A stretch of 62,450 nt of DNA, counting the filler. It is 5 parts of 5 records of this genome, joined end to end, with 100 filler letters (N's around TTAATTAATTAA, not from the genome) between each part and the next. Parts side by side here need not be neighbours in the genome. Positions count along the whole stretch, not along the records: positions 40,845 to 49,812 come from SRR31156797_13584; positions 49,913 to 57,306 come from SRR31156797_13589; 3 more parts are not named here. The stretch is one strand, 5' to 3'. Positions within the stretch are counted from its first letter, which is position 1. Each line of letters starts with the position of its first letter. Made by a program: the position numbers and the translations under genes. Under the pieces are notes generated by a model. It saw only the letters and a program-made list of their open reading frames with translations, had not been told where the DNA came from and made no database searches. Positions 47,943 to 57,297 of the stretch are shown piece by piece.

Positions 47943-48704
47943 TTAAAACATCAGTCCAATAGTCAGAGATACAATATCAACTTTTAAACTCCTTTCCCAT
48001 TCTCTTGTATACCCATCACTTAATCTTGATATTTCACCATCTGCATTATATTCTCCTAATGCAAAATAATTTATTGCAGCTGATATCTTTTCATTGAAGA
48101 TTAATCCACAACCAACTTTATAACCAGAGTTCGATGCAAAATTAAATTTCGTATTAAATCTTTCGTCTACAATATTCTTCATATTAAAACCATTTCCTTC
48201 AAAATAATATTCATCCCTACTTACAGTAGTTTTCATATCTGTTATCTTTAAGAAATTATAAACAAGACCCGTTTCAACTTTTAGTGAAACTCTATTATTT
48301 ATTTTTTTCAAAAAATATAAACCTGTTGATATAGGTATGTTTATATAATTTTTTAAACTAACATCATAATCGTAAGATGAATAATATATTCTGGCATCCC
48401 AGATGTCTTCTTTAGATTTCTTTGCAAGTTCATTCCTTAATCCAGATTTGGTTCTGTTATATAGAAAATCTATACCAACAAATAAACCCAAATTATTTAT
48501 TGGTAATGATTGGGTCAATTGTAAACCTATATTAAGTCCAACTGCGCCCCCGCCTGTATTTTCCTCGTTTATTTCTGATGATTCAAATTTAGATATAGGG
48601 ATTGATGATCCAACATGAACCTTCATACCTACTTGTGAAAAAACATCTGTCGAATAGACTGAAAAAACAATAAGAATTGTCAAGATAAAGTAACCTTTAC
48701 TCAT
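47943..48704 (-). CDS. Outer-membrane beta-barrel protein
   Basis: Signal peptide, amphipathic strands, YINIPI, C-terminal SLTIGLMF. Confidence 0.75.
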   Translation of the reverse strand: MSKGYFILTILIVFSVYSTDVFSQVGMKVHVGSSIPISKFESSEINEENTGGGAVGLNIGLQLTQSLPINNLGLFVGIDFLYNRTKSGLRNELAKKSKEDIWDARIYYSSYDYDVSLKNYINIPISTGLYFLKKINNRVSLKVETGLVYNFLKITDMKTTVSRDEYYFEGNGFNMKNIVDERFNTKFNFASNSGYKVGCGLIFNEKISAAINYFALGEYNADGEISRLSDGYTREWERSLKVDIVSLTIGLMF

Positions 48705-48910
48705 AATTTCAATTTAATTTTTATTGCTAAAAAAATCTGTCTATCATTATTTGGTTCGATTATTTTATGTGAAGGCTAACAGAACAATAAAGTTAATAGT
48801 AGTAACATTCTTATATATGCTTTTATTTATAACGCGAATATATAAATTTATCATAAATATGAACATAGCTTTATGATGACAACTCATATTCCCATCCCCA
48901 TTATGCTATT

Positions 48911-49070
48911 CAACTCCTCTGGAGTTGTATTATTTGCTTACTTATTACAAGCTATAGATATGCGACACCTCCGGTGTCAGGTTTTTATAATGTTAATCCT
49001 GATGCCGGAGGTATCGAATATTTTTAAAAACACTAGAACATGTTATAATACGACTCCGGAGGTGTCGCAT
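48911..49070. repeat. Cluster of four REP-like hairpins
   Basis: CAACTCC-TCT-GGAGTTG, GACACC-TCC-GGTGTC, GATGCC-GGA-GGTATC, GACTCC-GGA-GGTGTC; 48960-48979 and 49051-49070 are 18/20 inverted repeats. Confidence 0.8.
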
Positions 49071-49762
49071 TAAATTTGTGCATAAACACAATTCTTGCTT
49101 TCATTATAAATCTCAATCAGATCTTTCTGTTGCAATTGAGCTATAGGTTCCAAATAATTATATTCTCGAAATATAATTTTTAAGATGCCTATAATTGATT
49201 CTAATTCTGGAGACTGTTTATAGAAACTCAAAAATGTTTGTGGACAATGGTATTCATAACTTCTTTTATTCTCATCTGTAAGAAGTTCTATATGATAGGA
49301 GGTGCCATCAAATATACCCAAACTCACTTTATTTGCATTTTCTAAGCTATCCAGAACAGAATACCATGTAGGTAAAGTTAAAACACCTAATTGCTTAAGG
49401 GTATCAAATTTAGTATTCCACGAATCCGAAAGTTTTATTTTGGTATGTTCTGTTAGGTTCTTGTATTGCTTATCTTTTCTCCTATAAACTTTCCTTTTCT
49501 TATAAAAGAAGCTGTATTTATCTGCTTTCCAGATTGAATCTTTTGTATATTGAATCCTAAATAAAGTCTCACCTCTTGAATGCGACATAGAAATCCATAC
49601 TCTTAATTCAAATAAATTGTCTGAATCAAATTCAGGTATCTTGGTGTCCTTTAAATAATAATATGGAGTATAATCCGAATCTGGTGTTATTTCGAATTGC
49701 CCTTGTAAAGTATTAGCAAACACAAAACCCATAATTAGAATATTTATTAGCTTCTTTTTCAT
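49070..49762 (-). CDS. Secreted hypothetical protein
   Basis: Signal peptide; 230-aa ORF. Confidence 0.65.
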   Translation of the reverse strand: MKKKLINILIMGFVFANTLQGQFEITPDSDYTPYYYLKDTKIPEFDSDNLFELRVWISMSHSRGETLFRIQYTKDSIWKADKYSFFYKKRKVYRRKDKQYKNLTEHTKIKLSDSWNTKFDTLKQLGVLTLPTWYSVLDSLENANKVSLGIFDGTSYHIELLTDENKRSYEYHCPQTFLSFYKQSPELESIIGILKIIFREYNYLEPIAQLQQKDLIEIYNESKNCVYAQI

Positions 49763-49812
49763 ACTAGAAATATATTATTAAAAAACCCATTGGCGGAGTT
49801 AATAAATAGTAA

Positions 49813-49912
49813 NNNNNNNNNNNNNNNNNNNNNNNNNNNNNNNNNNNNNNNNNNNNTTAATTAATTAANNNNNNNNNNNNNNNNNNNNNNNNNNNNNNNN
49901 NNNNNNNNNNNN
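49813..49912. other. Artificial contig linker
   Basis: N44-TTAATTAATTAA-N44. Confidence 0.99.
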
Positions 49913-51164
49913 CGATGGAACAATGGTCCTCTCCGCATATCCGACATCCTTTTTCATATCTTAAATCGCACCCGGTAAGTTTGGCGCAATAGGGCAACAA
50001 CAGGACCGACGGCCCTTTTCGGATGACCTCTTCAAATGAGCCGTTGACAACGGAGATCAGGTTGCAATGCTCCAAGGGGATGCCGAAGTTGGCGATTTCA
50101 GCTTTTTCCAGGCACTGATCGAGGGGTTTGACGAAATCTTCGAAGTGCAATCCCGGAATGTTGATGCGTCCTTGATCAAATTGGTCGTGGATCATTCCAT
50201 GCAGATGATCCCGGTCAAGCGGGGCGCCCCTGAGCCGGGCTTCCAGGTCGTAAAGCGCCCGGCCGGGAAAGGAGAGAAAATCACCGGTGATATAGACATC
50301 TTTGAGTCGTTTCTGGGGCAGGTTGATCACCAGACTAAAACGCACCATGCCGGCTGGGGCTTTGTAAGCCGCCTGTACGGCCTCGCGTTTTTGAAACCGG
50401 GGCTTGACGCTGTCGATCCAGTCCAGGGATCGAAAACGGGGCAATTTTTTTTCAAAACGTTTCTGTTCTTCAGCAGTCAATCCGCCTGCTTCCAATTGGA
50501 TCTGCAAACATTTTTCAAACCCGAATTGGATCGCCCGTTTGATATCCGCAAGGGCCGGCGCATCGCCCAATTCCCATTTCAGGCAGGTGACCCGGTCTTT
50601 GACCGAATCAATCTCTTTGGCCTTGAGTTTTTCCACCGGTATCTTCAGGGCCCTGAGCATGGTATCCACATCAAAGTCCACCAGCATGGTACCCTGAAAC
50701 ATGAAGGCACTGCCTGACTCGGTGCCGCCGGTTCCCGAAATCTTGCGGCCGTCGATCTCAATATCATTGCGCGGCCGAAAATCGGCTTCAAGATTCAATC
50801 GGGTAAGGGCCGCCAGCACCGGATTGCACAGGGTTTTAAAAAGCCGTGTATTGGGAACGGCCGCATTAAAAAACGCCTTGTCGCAAAACACTTCCCAACC
50901 CAGTTGGTTCTCATCGAAAAAAATGGCCCCGCCGCCGGTAATGCGCCGGTTGACGTCGATCCCGTTGGCCTGGCAGAAACCGGTGCGGATCTCCTCCTGC
51001 ATGGCCTGGTGAAAACCGATCAACACGGTTTTTGGCGAAAACTGCAGGAAACGGATGGTGTTGGGACTTTTCCCTTCGCCTTTGACCTCCAGCAATGTTT
51101 CGTCAAGGGCCATGTTTTCTGCTGCCGTCATGGGCGGCGTGTCTAATAATCTCCAGGTTTGCAT
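49913..51164 (-). CDS. lplA: Lipoate-protein ligase with accessory domain and DUF116-like Cys-rich tail, 3'-truncated
   Basis: ENMALDE, RRITGGGAI, NDIEIDGRKISG, GDF; LLLPYCAK...C...CRICG...C runs into the contig end. Confidence 0.88.
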
Positions 51165-51181
51165 GGTATCCTTTAGATCAG

Positions 51182-51577
51182 TTATGGACGGACACGGATA
51201 TAATCAATATCAACCGGCCCGGTCAGCATTTTCCCCACTTCACAATGGCGCGCCGAGTTGAAAAGGATTGCCCGTTCCCGTTGGGTCAAACCGTTGCCGA
51301 CATCGATATGGATCGTAAAGCGAGTTGATGGGGAAACACCATTTGCGGTTTGGCAACCCACCCCCACTTCGAGTTTGTCCATCGAAATTCTTTTGTGGTC
51401 TGCGACCGCAGACAAGGTCAGCACAATTCAGCTGCCAAGTGCTGTGACCATATACGCAATCGGACAATCGCCCCCCGCTCCGATACCTTCACGGGGGGAT
51501 ACCATAAAGTTCACCGGCCCTAATCGGACAGCGGCGTTGTTATCCTTCAGCCGAACGGTCGCGTAATACTCACCCAT
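51182..51577 (-). CDS. OsmC/Ohr-family selenoprotein, 131 aa, Sec at codon 50
   Basis: ATG 51577 reads ...CPIAYMVTALGS-TGA-IVLTL...ARHCEV; TGA (51430-51428) sits at the conserved OsmC Cys and is followed by a SECIS-like hairpin. Confidence 0.85.
51393..51427 (-). promoter_or_regulatory. Bacterial SECIS-like element
   Basis: TTGTG...GTCTGC-GGTC-GCAGAC-CACAA; G-initiated apical loop 20 nt after the UGA. Confidence 0.78.
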
Positions 51578-51603
51578 TTACTTTTTTCCTATAAAAAACC
51601 GGA

Positions 51604-52797
51604 TCATTTTTCAGTGGCAAGCGCTTTGTGTAGGAGTTGAACAACGTCCATGACGTCGACCGGGACCTTGTTTCTTTTGGCATAGGTGGTCATGGTGCGC
51701 ACGCACTGCTGGCAGGCGGTGACCACCGCCTGTGCACCGGTCTCCCGGACTTCTTTCATTTTGTTGCCGGCAATGTTTGCGGATAGTTTCGCATCGATCA
51801 TCTCCAGGTTGCCGCCTCCGCCGCAACAACTGCAATTCTCCCGATTGTTGGGCAATTCGACGAATCGGATCCCGGGAATGGATTGGATAAGTTGCCGCGG
51901 GGCATCATAGGTTTGCGCCCCCCTGCCAAGATCGCAAGGATCGTGGTAGGTCACCGTCAGGTCCAGTTCCCCGAGCGGCAGGCGGTCCTTTTTGAGCAGC
52001 TGTCCCAGAAATTCCGTGACATGGAAGATCTCAAATTCGCGGGGGTAATGCTCCTGCCACATCCGGTAACAGGATGGACAGGCAAAGACCACCTGTTTGG
52101 CTCCCCTGGCTTTGATGGCGTCGACGTTGCTCTCAATCAAACCATCGAGCTGGTCGCCGAGCCCCGCGCCGAGCAGCGGAAATCCGCAGCACCACTCATC
52201 TTCTCCCAAGAGTGTAAAATCGACCCGGGCGGCATCGAAGAGTTTTACCACGGCCATGGGAATCCGCTGGGCCAGCGGGAAAAAGGAGGAGACACAACCG
52301 GTGAAATAGACGACTTCGGCCTGCTCCTTTACATAGCCGTCTTCCGGTGCATCGGGCACATCTTCGACCCATTCGGCCCGTTCCTCGTTATCCTCGCCAA
52401 ATACGTTGTGGCTTTCATCCAAATTGTCCCGGATCATGTCGATTTTTCCGGGATAGGCATCCGATGCCACAAGGTCCTGGCGAAGTGAATGCCAGAGCTG
52501 GGTCAGGTCCAGCCCGGCCGGACAGGCCTGGCGGCAGTTCCCGCACAAGGTGCAGCGAAAAACCGTATCGCTGAAAGCGTGCAATTCTTCCGTTGTGGGT
52601 TCTTTGACAAAGCCAAGTTTACGCCAGAATCCCGTTCGTGCCTTGACCATCCGGCCAAGCTCCCCAAGGCGGTAAGCCGCCGACAGCTTTCCGTCACAAC
52701 CGCCGGCCACTGCCGGGCACACCTCGGCGCATGCCAGACAGTTCGTGCAGGCCTGTATCTGCATGAGCTGCTTGATGCTGTAGTTCTTATTTGACAT
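51604..52797 (-). CDS. HdrD/GlpC-like Fe-S oxidoreductase (two 4Fe-4S motifs, two CCG domains)
   Basis: CTNCLACAEVCP, CTLCGNCRQACP, YFTGC...EWCCG...ACPSC, YHDPC...SCCGGGG...ACQQC. Confidence 0.92.
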   Translation of the reverse strand: MSNKNYSIKQLMQIQACTNCLACAEVCPAVAGGCDGKLSAAYRLGELGRMVKARTGFWRKLGFVKEPTTEELHAFSDTVFRCTLCGNCRQACPAGLDLTQLWHSLRQDLVASDAYPGKIDMIRDNLDESHNVFGEDNEERAEWVEDVPDAPEDGYVKEQAEVVYFTGCVSSFFPLAQRIPMAVVKLFDAARVDFTLLGEDEWCCGFPLLGAGLGDQLDGLIESNVDAIKARGAKQVVFACPSCYRMWQEHYPREFEIFHVTEFLGQLLKKDRLPLGELDLTVTYHDPCDLGRGAQTYDAPRQLIQSIPGIRFVELPNNRENCSCCGGGGNLEMIDAKLSANIAGNKMKEVRETGAQAVVTACQQCVRTMTTYAKRNKVPVDVMDVVQLLHKALATEK

Positions 52798-52798
52798 T

Positions 52799-53221
52799 TT
52801 AATCCTGTTTGTATTTTTCGATATCTTCCAACACCCAGGTTTCGATATCGGAAGGGGCATGGATCAGGTTGTTCAGTTCATCCATGTCCGCCGGTTTAAT
52901 CTTGAACATCCACCCCTGGCCATAGCAGTCCTGGTTGATGAGCGACGGCTCGGCTTCAAGGGCTTCATTGCCCTCGATCAGTTCACCATTGACCGGCGCA
53001 TAGACCTTTCCCAGCCATTTACCCGATTCCACCTGGGCGAATTTTTTTCCTACCTTCAGTTTCTTGCCGGCAAAAGGAATCTGTACAAAAACAATATCGC
53101 CCGCCAGTTGCTGGGCAAAATCGTCCATACCCATAACCAGCATGTCGCCCTCTACTTTGACCCAGTAGTGGTTTTTCTCATAGTAAAGATCTTGCGGCAG
53201 ATTGTATCCTTGAATTTCCAT
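52799..53221 (-). CDS. GcvH/LbpA-like lipoyl-carrier protein
   Basis: HYWVK, GMDDFAQ, VESGKW (lipoyl-Lys), INQDCYGQGW. Confidence 0.92.
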   Translation of the reverse strand: MEIQGYNLPQDLYYEKNHYWVKVEGDMLVMGMDDFAQQLAGDIVFVQIPFAGKKLKVGKKFAQVESGKWLGKVYAPVNGELIEGNEALEAEPSLINQDCYGQGWMFKIKPADMDELNNLIHAPSDIETWVLEDIEKYKQD

Positions 53222-53238
53222 GCAATCCTTCCTCCTTT

Positions 53239-54498
53239 TCAGTGATTGATGTTGGATCGTGCCTCGGCCATCAGCACCACCGGTGCCGTCAGCATGTGTA
53301 TCATGCGCGTAAAGGGGATCATTGCCACAAATACGCCTGTTAAAATCGCATGGCCATACCACACATAGCCGTAGAGATTTGTTAACCCGGTCATGCCTTT
53401 CACCATCAGGCTGATGCCATAACCGATGATGGCATAATGCGCGCCGGCAGGCCCTCCGGTCATGGCGATCCGCAGACCTTCTAAAATAAATCCCACAAGG
53501 ACGATCAGGCCAAGCAGGACGGTCATGCCCCGGCCGGGCACCGGCAGACCACTCACCGCTCTCCGGTCTTCTTCAGGACGAAATAGGGCTGCGAACACCC
53601 CCGTAAGGATCATCAGGCCGGTCAGATCGAAAAACAGAGCCCGAATCGGATGGTTCTTATCCAACATGGCCCCGGTCAGATCCATGTCCGGCAGCAGCAA
53701 TGAGAGCCCAAGTGCGACCAACCCAAAGGCCAGCCGCATCAGGATCGGATAGTAAATCAGGGCGTGGATCGCCCATCTAGCCGGAGACAACCGATACAGT
53801 TTTTTAATGAAAAGCACATCGGCGACAAACGCAACCACCAAAAGTGAAAAACTACCCGATAGCCTGTGTCCGCTCCCTTTAGTGCGCCCGCCAGAGAACC
53901 AGACAGCGACAAGACCGCCCATTCCCAGGGCGAAGATCAGCAAAGAGATAAGGGTGGTCCGGTCCCCGATGGAAAAGGTGGCTGCGTGACAAGGCATGCA
54001 CAAGATGCTTTTCGCGGGCAGAACCATGGCCGATGCGCCCAAATGATTGTCTTTGAAATGGCAGCTGCGGCAAGAGGAATCTCCGGCCCGGGCAACCATT
54101 CGGTGGGGCGACGGGTTTCGCCCCGGCACCATCTCGCCGGTAAAGACCACCTGTCCGGTTCCTGGGTCGAGATCCGCAACGCCGTCTTTTTGATGACAGG
54201 CTTTGCAGGCAACCCGTGTGTGGGCGTCATGAGCCACCTTCTCATCGTGCGCCGCGTGGCACTGACGGCAGTCTACCAGGGGTAATGCTTCATGATCTTC
54301 CTCGACCGCCTGGTGGTGGCATGCCAGACATTGAATGTCCCCGTGCGCGGATTCCGCATGATCTTCCGCCATCTCTTCATGACATTCCATGCAGTCGTCA
54401 TTTGTATACCCATCCTCTATATCCGTTTGTGCTGCCGACGCAAAGGGGATCCCGATGCATAGGCTAAGAATCGTAATCTGGAGAAAAAATATCTTCAT
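53239..54498 (-). CDS. Hexaheme cytochrome c fused to a NarI/HdrE-like membrane domain
   Basis: Signal peptide; CMECH, CLACH, CRQCH, CKACH, CRSCH, CMPCH; TM region with RWAIH, GFILEGLR, WYGH, PFTRMIH; alternative start at 54543. Confidence 0.85.
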   Translation of the reverse strand: MKIFFLQITILSLCIGIPFASAAQTDIEDGYTNDDCMECHEEMAEDHAESAHGDIQCLACHHQAVEEDHEALPLVDCRQCHAAHDEKVAHDAHTRVACKACHQKDGVADLDPGTGQVVFTGEMVPGRNPSPHRMVARAGDSSCRSCHFKDNHLGASAMVLPAKSILCMPCHAATFSIGDRTTLISLLIFALGMGGLVAVWFSGGRTKGSGHRLSGSFSLLVVAFVADVLFIKKLYRLSPARWAIHALIYYPILMRLAFGLVALGLSLLLPDMDLTGAMLDKNHPIRALFFDLTGLMILTGVFAALFRPEEDRRAVSGLPVPGRGMTVLLGLIVLVGFILEGLRIAMTGGPAGAHYAIIGYGISLMVKGMTGLTNLYGYVWYGHAILTGVFVAMIPFTRMIHMLTAPVVLMAEARSNINH

Positions 54499-54529
54499 GT
54501 CCTGATACCCGAATGGGAATATCCATTGT

Positions 54530-54832
54530 TTAAAAGAGTTCATCACCGCTTTTCCCGCCCAATCCCGGATGCCCATCGAAGCGAACCACACCCACAGCCG
54601 CCTTGCCGGCCACGGCCGCCGTAATTTGTGCCGTTCCACGGTTGCCGAAGCCGCCGCACAACTCGATGGCCTCGATGCCCTCGTTGACCAGCTCAACCGC
54701 CACCGTTTCGGCCTCTGCGTAGCTGCCGGCGGCAACCGCGGTTAATTCGACTTGCGGTGTGACCACGGTTTGCCGGTCTTTTTGCGGATCAACCTCCGGG
54801 GCTAAAAAGATAAACGCTGCTTTTAGGGTCAT
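54530..54832 (-). CDS. DUF6506 family protein
   Basis: AAFIFLAP, IELCGGFG, VGVVRFD. Confidence 0.8.
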   Translation of the reverse strand: MTLKAAFIFLAPEVDPQKDRQTVVTPQVELTAVAAGSYAEAETVAVELVNEGIEAIELCGGFGNRGTAQITAAVAGKAAVGVVRFDGHPGLGGKSGDELF

Positions 54833-54866
54833 CTCTTCTCCTTTTTGTTACATTTGGCATTATGGA

Positions 54867-55889
54867 TCAGTTTAAAAGATTTTGGATCGTTATGGGATTT
54901 GTCTCATTTCCCGGTGCAAGGACCTGATTCTGCATGGCCAATGTCATGGTACGGTCCACATCCACGACCACCGGCCCTTCTGCCCCAAGGCGGATGATCG
55001 CCCGCTGTCCGCGTTTGATTTCAACTTCGCGTTCCCCATCCAGCGCGACGACGCAGGGGATGCAGACCAGTGCCACCTCATCGCCGATCCTCATCAAGCG
55101 TGCATTTTCCACGGAGACTGTCTCGAACACACCGGGCGCGACAGGCGCCGTAACCGCTTGCCCGCTTTGGCCCAGTTCAAGAACCATGCTGAACGGGTCC
55201 TCCGGCGCGAGGGTACGAAGCATGCCGCCGATGGAAGAGAAGCCGATCGTTGCCGGGTTGCAGCGGTTCAAGAAAACCTGCCTGACTTTTTCCATCTTCC
55301 ACACGGCGCGTGAGCCAATAAAGATGTCGTCGCAGACAACGGCATCGACGATGGCCACATCGGTCAACTGTCCGTCAACGACCACTTCAAGCCGCGTGGA
55401 GACATAGGTGCCATCTTTTCGGGGTACTTTTCCGGTGGCGATCAGGCCGGCGGCCAGCCCCGCAATGGTTCCTTCAATCATATAGGGAAACACATTGTTC
55501 GTGCCGGTTGACACAGGCAGGATGGGAACATGACACGTGCCTTTGGCAACTACGCGGTTGGTACCGTCACCCCCCAATGTGATAAGGCAACCGGCACCCA
55601 TTTCTTCCAGCATGCCGGCTGCCTGCGTGGAGTCTCTTTGATCCGCCTTGGCGTCAAAAACCAAAGGCGAGACGTCCATTTCGATCGTCAGCGCATCCAG
55701 TGCCCGCTGCACAATACCGTAGTAATCGGGCATGTAGAGAACCTGCCGCACACCTGCCGACTGCAGGCCGAGCAGGATGCGCCGCACGATTCTCACCTTC
55801 TCCTGATTGTTAAAAACGCTGCCGTAGGCAACCAATCTGCGAATGTCAGTGCCCGAGGCAGGATTGGCGATAATACCGACTGTAGTCAT
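54867..55889 (-). CDS. acoX: AcoX-like ATP-NAD kinase family protein
   Basis: VGIIANPASGTDIRRLVA, LGGDGTNR, STGTNNVFP, ALDGERE. Confidence 0.88.
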   Translation of the reverse strand: MTTVGIIANPASGTDIRRLVAYGSVFNNQEKVRIVRRILLGLQSAGVRQVLYMPDYYGIVQRALDALTIEMDVSPLVFDAKADQRDSTQAAGMLEEMGAGCLITLGGDGTNRVVAKGTCHVPILPVSTGTNNVFPYMIEGTIAGLAAGLIATGKVPRKDGTYVSTRLEVVVDGQLTDVAIVDAVVCDDIFIGSRAVWKMEKVRQVFLNRCNPATIGFSSIGGMLRTLAPEDPFSMVLELGQSGQAVTAPVAPGVFETVSVENARLMRIGDEVALVCIPCVVALDGEREVEIKRGQRAIIRLGAEGPVVVDVDRTMTLAMQNQVLAPGNETNPITIQNLLN

Positions 55890-55901
55890 GCGATGATTCC
55901 T

Positions 55902-56954
55902 TTAGGACTCAACCAGGATTTTGATGTTGGAGTCCCGGTTTTCAAGCAGTTCTTCAAATCCGTTTTCAACAATATCGTCCAGCTTGATTTTACCGGTGAT
56001 CAACGGTTCGGCCTTTATACGACCGTCCGCCAGAAGAGCGATGGCCGCGTCAAACTCTCCACAGTAGGCCAAAGACCCGATCACTTCTTTCTCCTGGAAA
56101 ACCAGGTCATTGTAATTTATCTCGCCCGGTTTTTCAAAGATGCCCACCACTACGATTCTCCCGCCGCGTTTCGCACACTGGATACCGGTATTGACCGTCT
56201 CGGCTTTTCCGATGCACTCGACGGCCACATCCACGCCCTGCCCGTCGGTTTGGTCCTGGATCTCGGCGGCCACATCCGTCTTTGTGGGGTCCAGAACGAT
56301 TGCCCCCAGTCCCTTTGCTTTCTCTTTCCTGTCCTTGGAAAGTTCAATGGCAAAGACCTTGCTCGCCCCGGCGGCCCGTGCCGCCTGGATGGTCACCAGC
56401 CCGATGGTGCCGGTTCCCACGACGGCAACGGTATCTCCCTGCAGTACTTTTCCCTGCCGGATCGCATGGATCCCCACCGCCAGCGGTTCGACCAAAGCAC
56501 CGGCCTCGTTGGAAAGCTCGGGGAGCAGTTTATAACAGGTGTAGGCGGGCACATTGACATATTCGGCAAAGGAGCCGTCGGTCATCAAACCGGTAAAAGC
56601 CAACTGTTCACAAACGCTGTAGCGGTTTACTTTGCACATATAGCACTCGCCGCAGTGCTGGGCAGCATCCGGCGCCACGCGGTCTCCCACGCTAACGTTG
56701 GTCACCCCCTCGCCGACGTCCACAACCTCACCGCTGAATTCGTGGCCCAGAATCACGGGCGCTTTCCTGCCGGTCAGCGGATGGGGCTCCTCGGTGGGAA
56801 TGAAAATCGGCCCGGCATCGTATTCATGCAGGTCGGAACCGCAGATACCGGTCTGGAAAACTTTGATTTTGACCTCACCTTTCCCGGGGGCGGGAGGTTC
56901 GGGAACATTTTCTACCCTGACATCCTTTTTACCGTACCATACGGCTGCTTTCAT
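55902..56954 (-). CDS. bdhA: Zn-dependent 2,3-butanediol dehydrogenase (MDR family)
   Basis: GICGSDLHEYDAGPIFIP...HPLTG, LGHEFSG, CGECYMC, GALVEPLAV, KILV. Confidence 0.88.
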   Translation of the reverse strand: MKAAVWYGKKDVRVENVPEPPAPGKGEVKIKVFQTGICGSDLHEYDAGPIFIPTEEPHPLTGRKAPVILGHEFSGEVVDVGEGVTNVSVGDRVAPDAAQHCGECYMCKVNRYSVCEQLAFTGLMTDGSFAEYVNVPAYTCYKLLPELSNEAGALVEPLAVGIHAIRQGKVLQGDTVAVVGTGTIGLVTIQAARAAGASKVFAIELSKDRKEKAKGLGAIVLDPTKTDVAAEIQDQTDGQGVDVAVECIGKAETVNTGIQCAKRGGRIVVVGIFEKPGEINYNDLVFQEKEVIGSLAYCGEFDAAIALLADGRIKAEPLITGKIKLDDIVENGFEELLENRDSNIKILVES

Positions 56955-56967
56955 CTTGTTTCTCCTT

Positions 56968-57297
56968 TTAGTGAGAAGTAAATCCACCATCCACGTTGAT
57001 TGCCTGAGCGATGACGTGTTTAGAGATTGCGAAATATACAGCCAAATCACCCATATCCTCAGGTGTTTGGGCTTCCCCCTGGGGGATCAGGATTTCCTGA
57101 TGGCGTTTCCAGGATTCTTCCATGGTTTCACCTGGATTTTTCCACTTCTCGGCGAGGCCATCGGGTTCGTACCACATCTGCGTTCCAATGATTCCCGGGC
57201 ATATCGCATTGACGGTGATTCCGGTCTGCTGCAGTTCTTTTGCCAGCGAGATAGTGAATCCCACCACAGCAAACTTGGAGGCACGGGAATGGGGGCG
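56968..57297 (-). CDS. SDR oxidoreductase (acetoin/diacetyl reductase-like), C-terminal part
   Basis: ASKFAVVGFTISLAKEL, VNAICPG, AQAINVDGG; cut by the contig edge. Confidence 0.8.
   Translation of the reverse strand, partial: RPHSRASKFAVVGFTISLAKELQQTGITVNAICPGIIGTQMWYEPDGLAEKWKNPGETMEESWKRHQEILIPQGEAQTPEDMGDLAVYFAISKHVIAQAINVDGGFTSH

Noticed and set aside
48873-49073. 66-aa plus-strand ORF
   Set aside because: Coincides with the REP-like hairpin cluster; no coding evidence
51604-53241. Sec read-through at the TGA stops of the HdrD-like and cytochrome genes
   Set aside because: Both fall at natural C-termini, at no conserved Cys position and with no SECIS-like hairpin seen
55530-56981. 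483-aa plus-strand ORF
   Set aside because: Antisense shadow of bdhA/acoX in GC-rich DNA with no recognisable motifs
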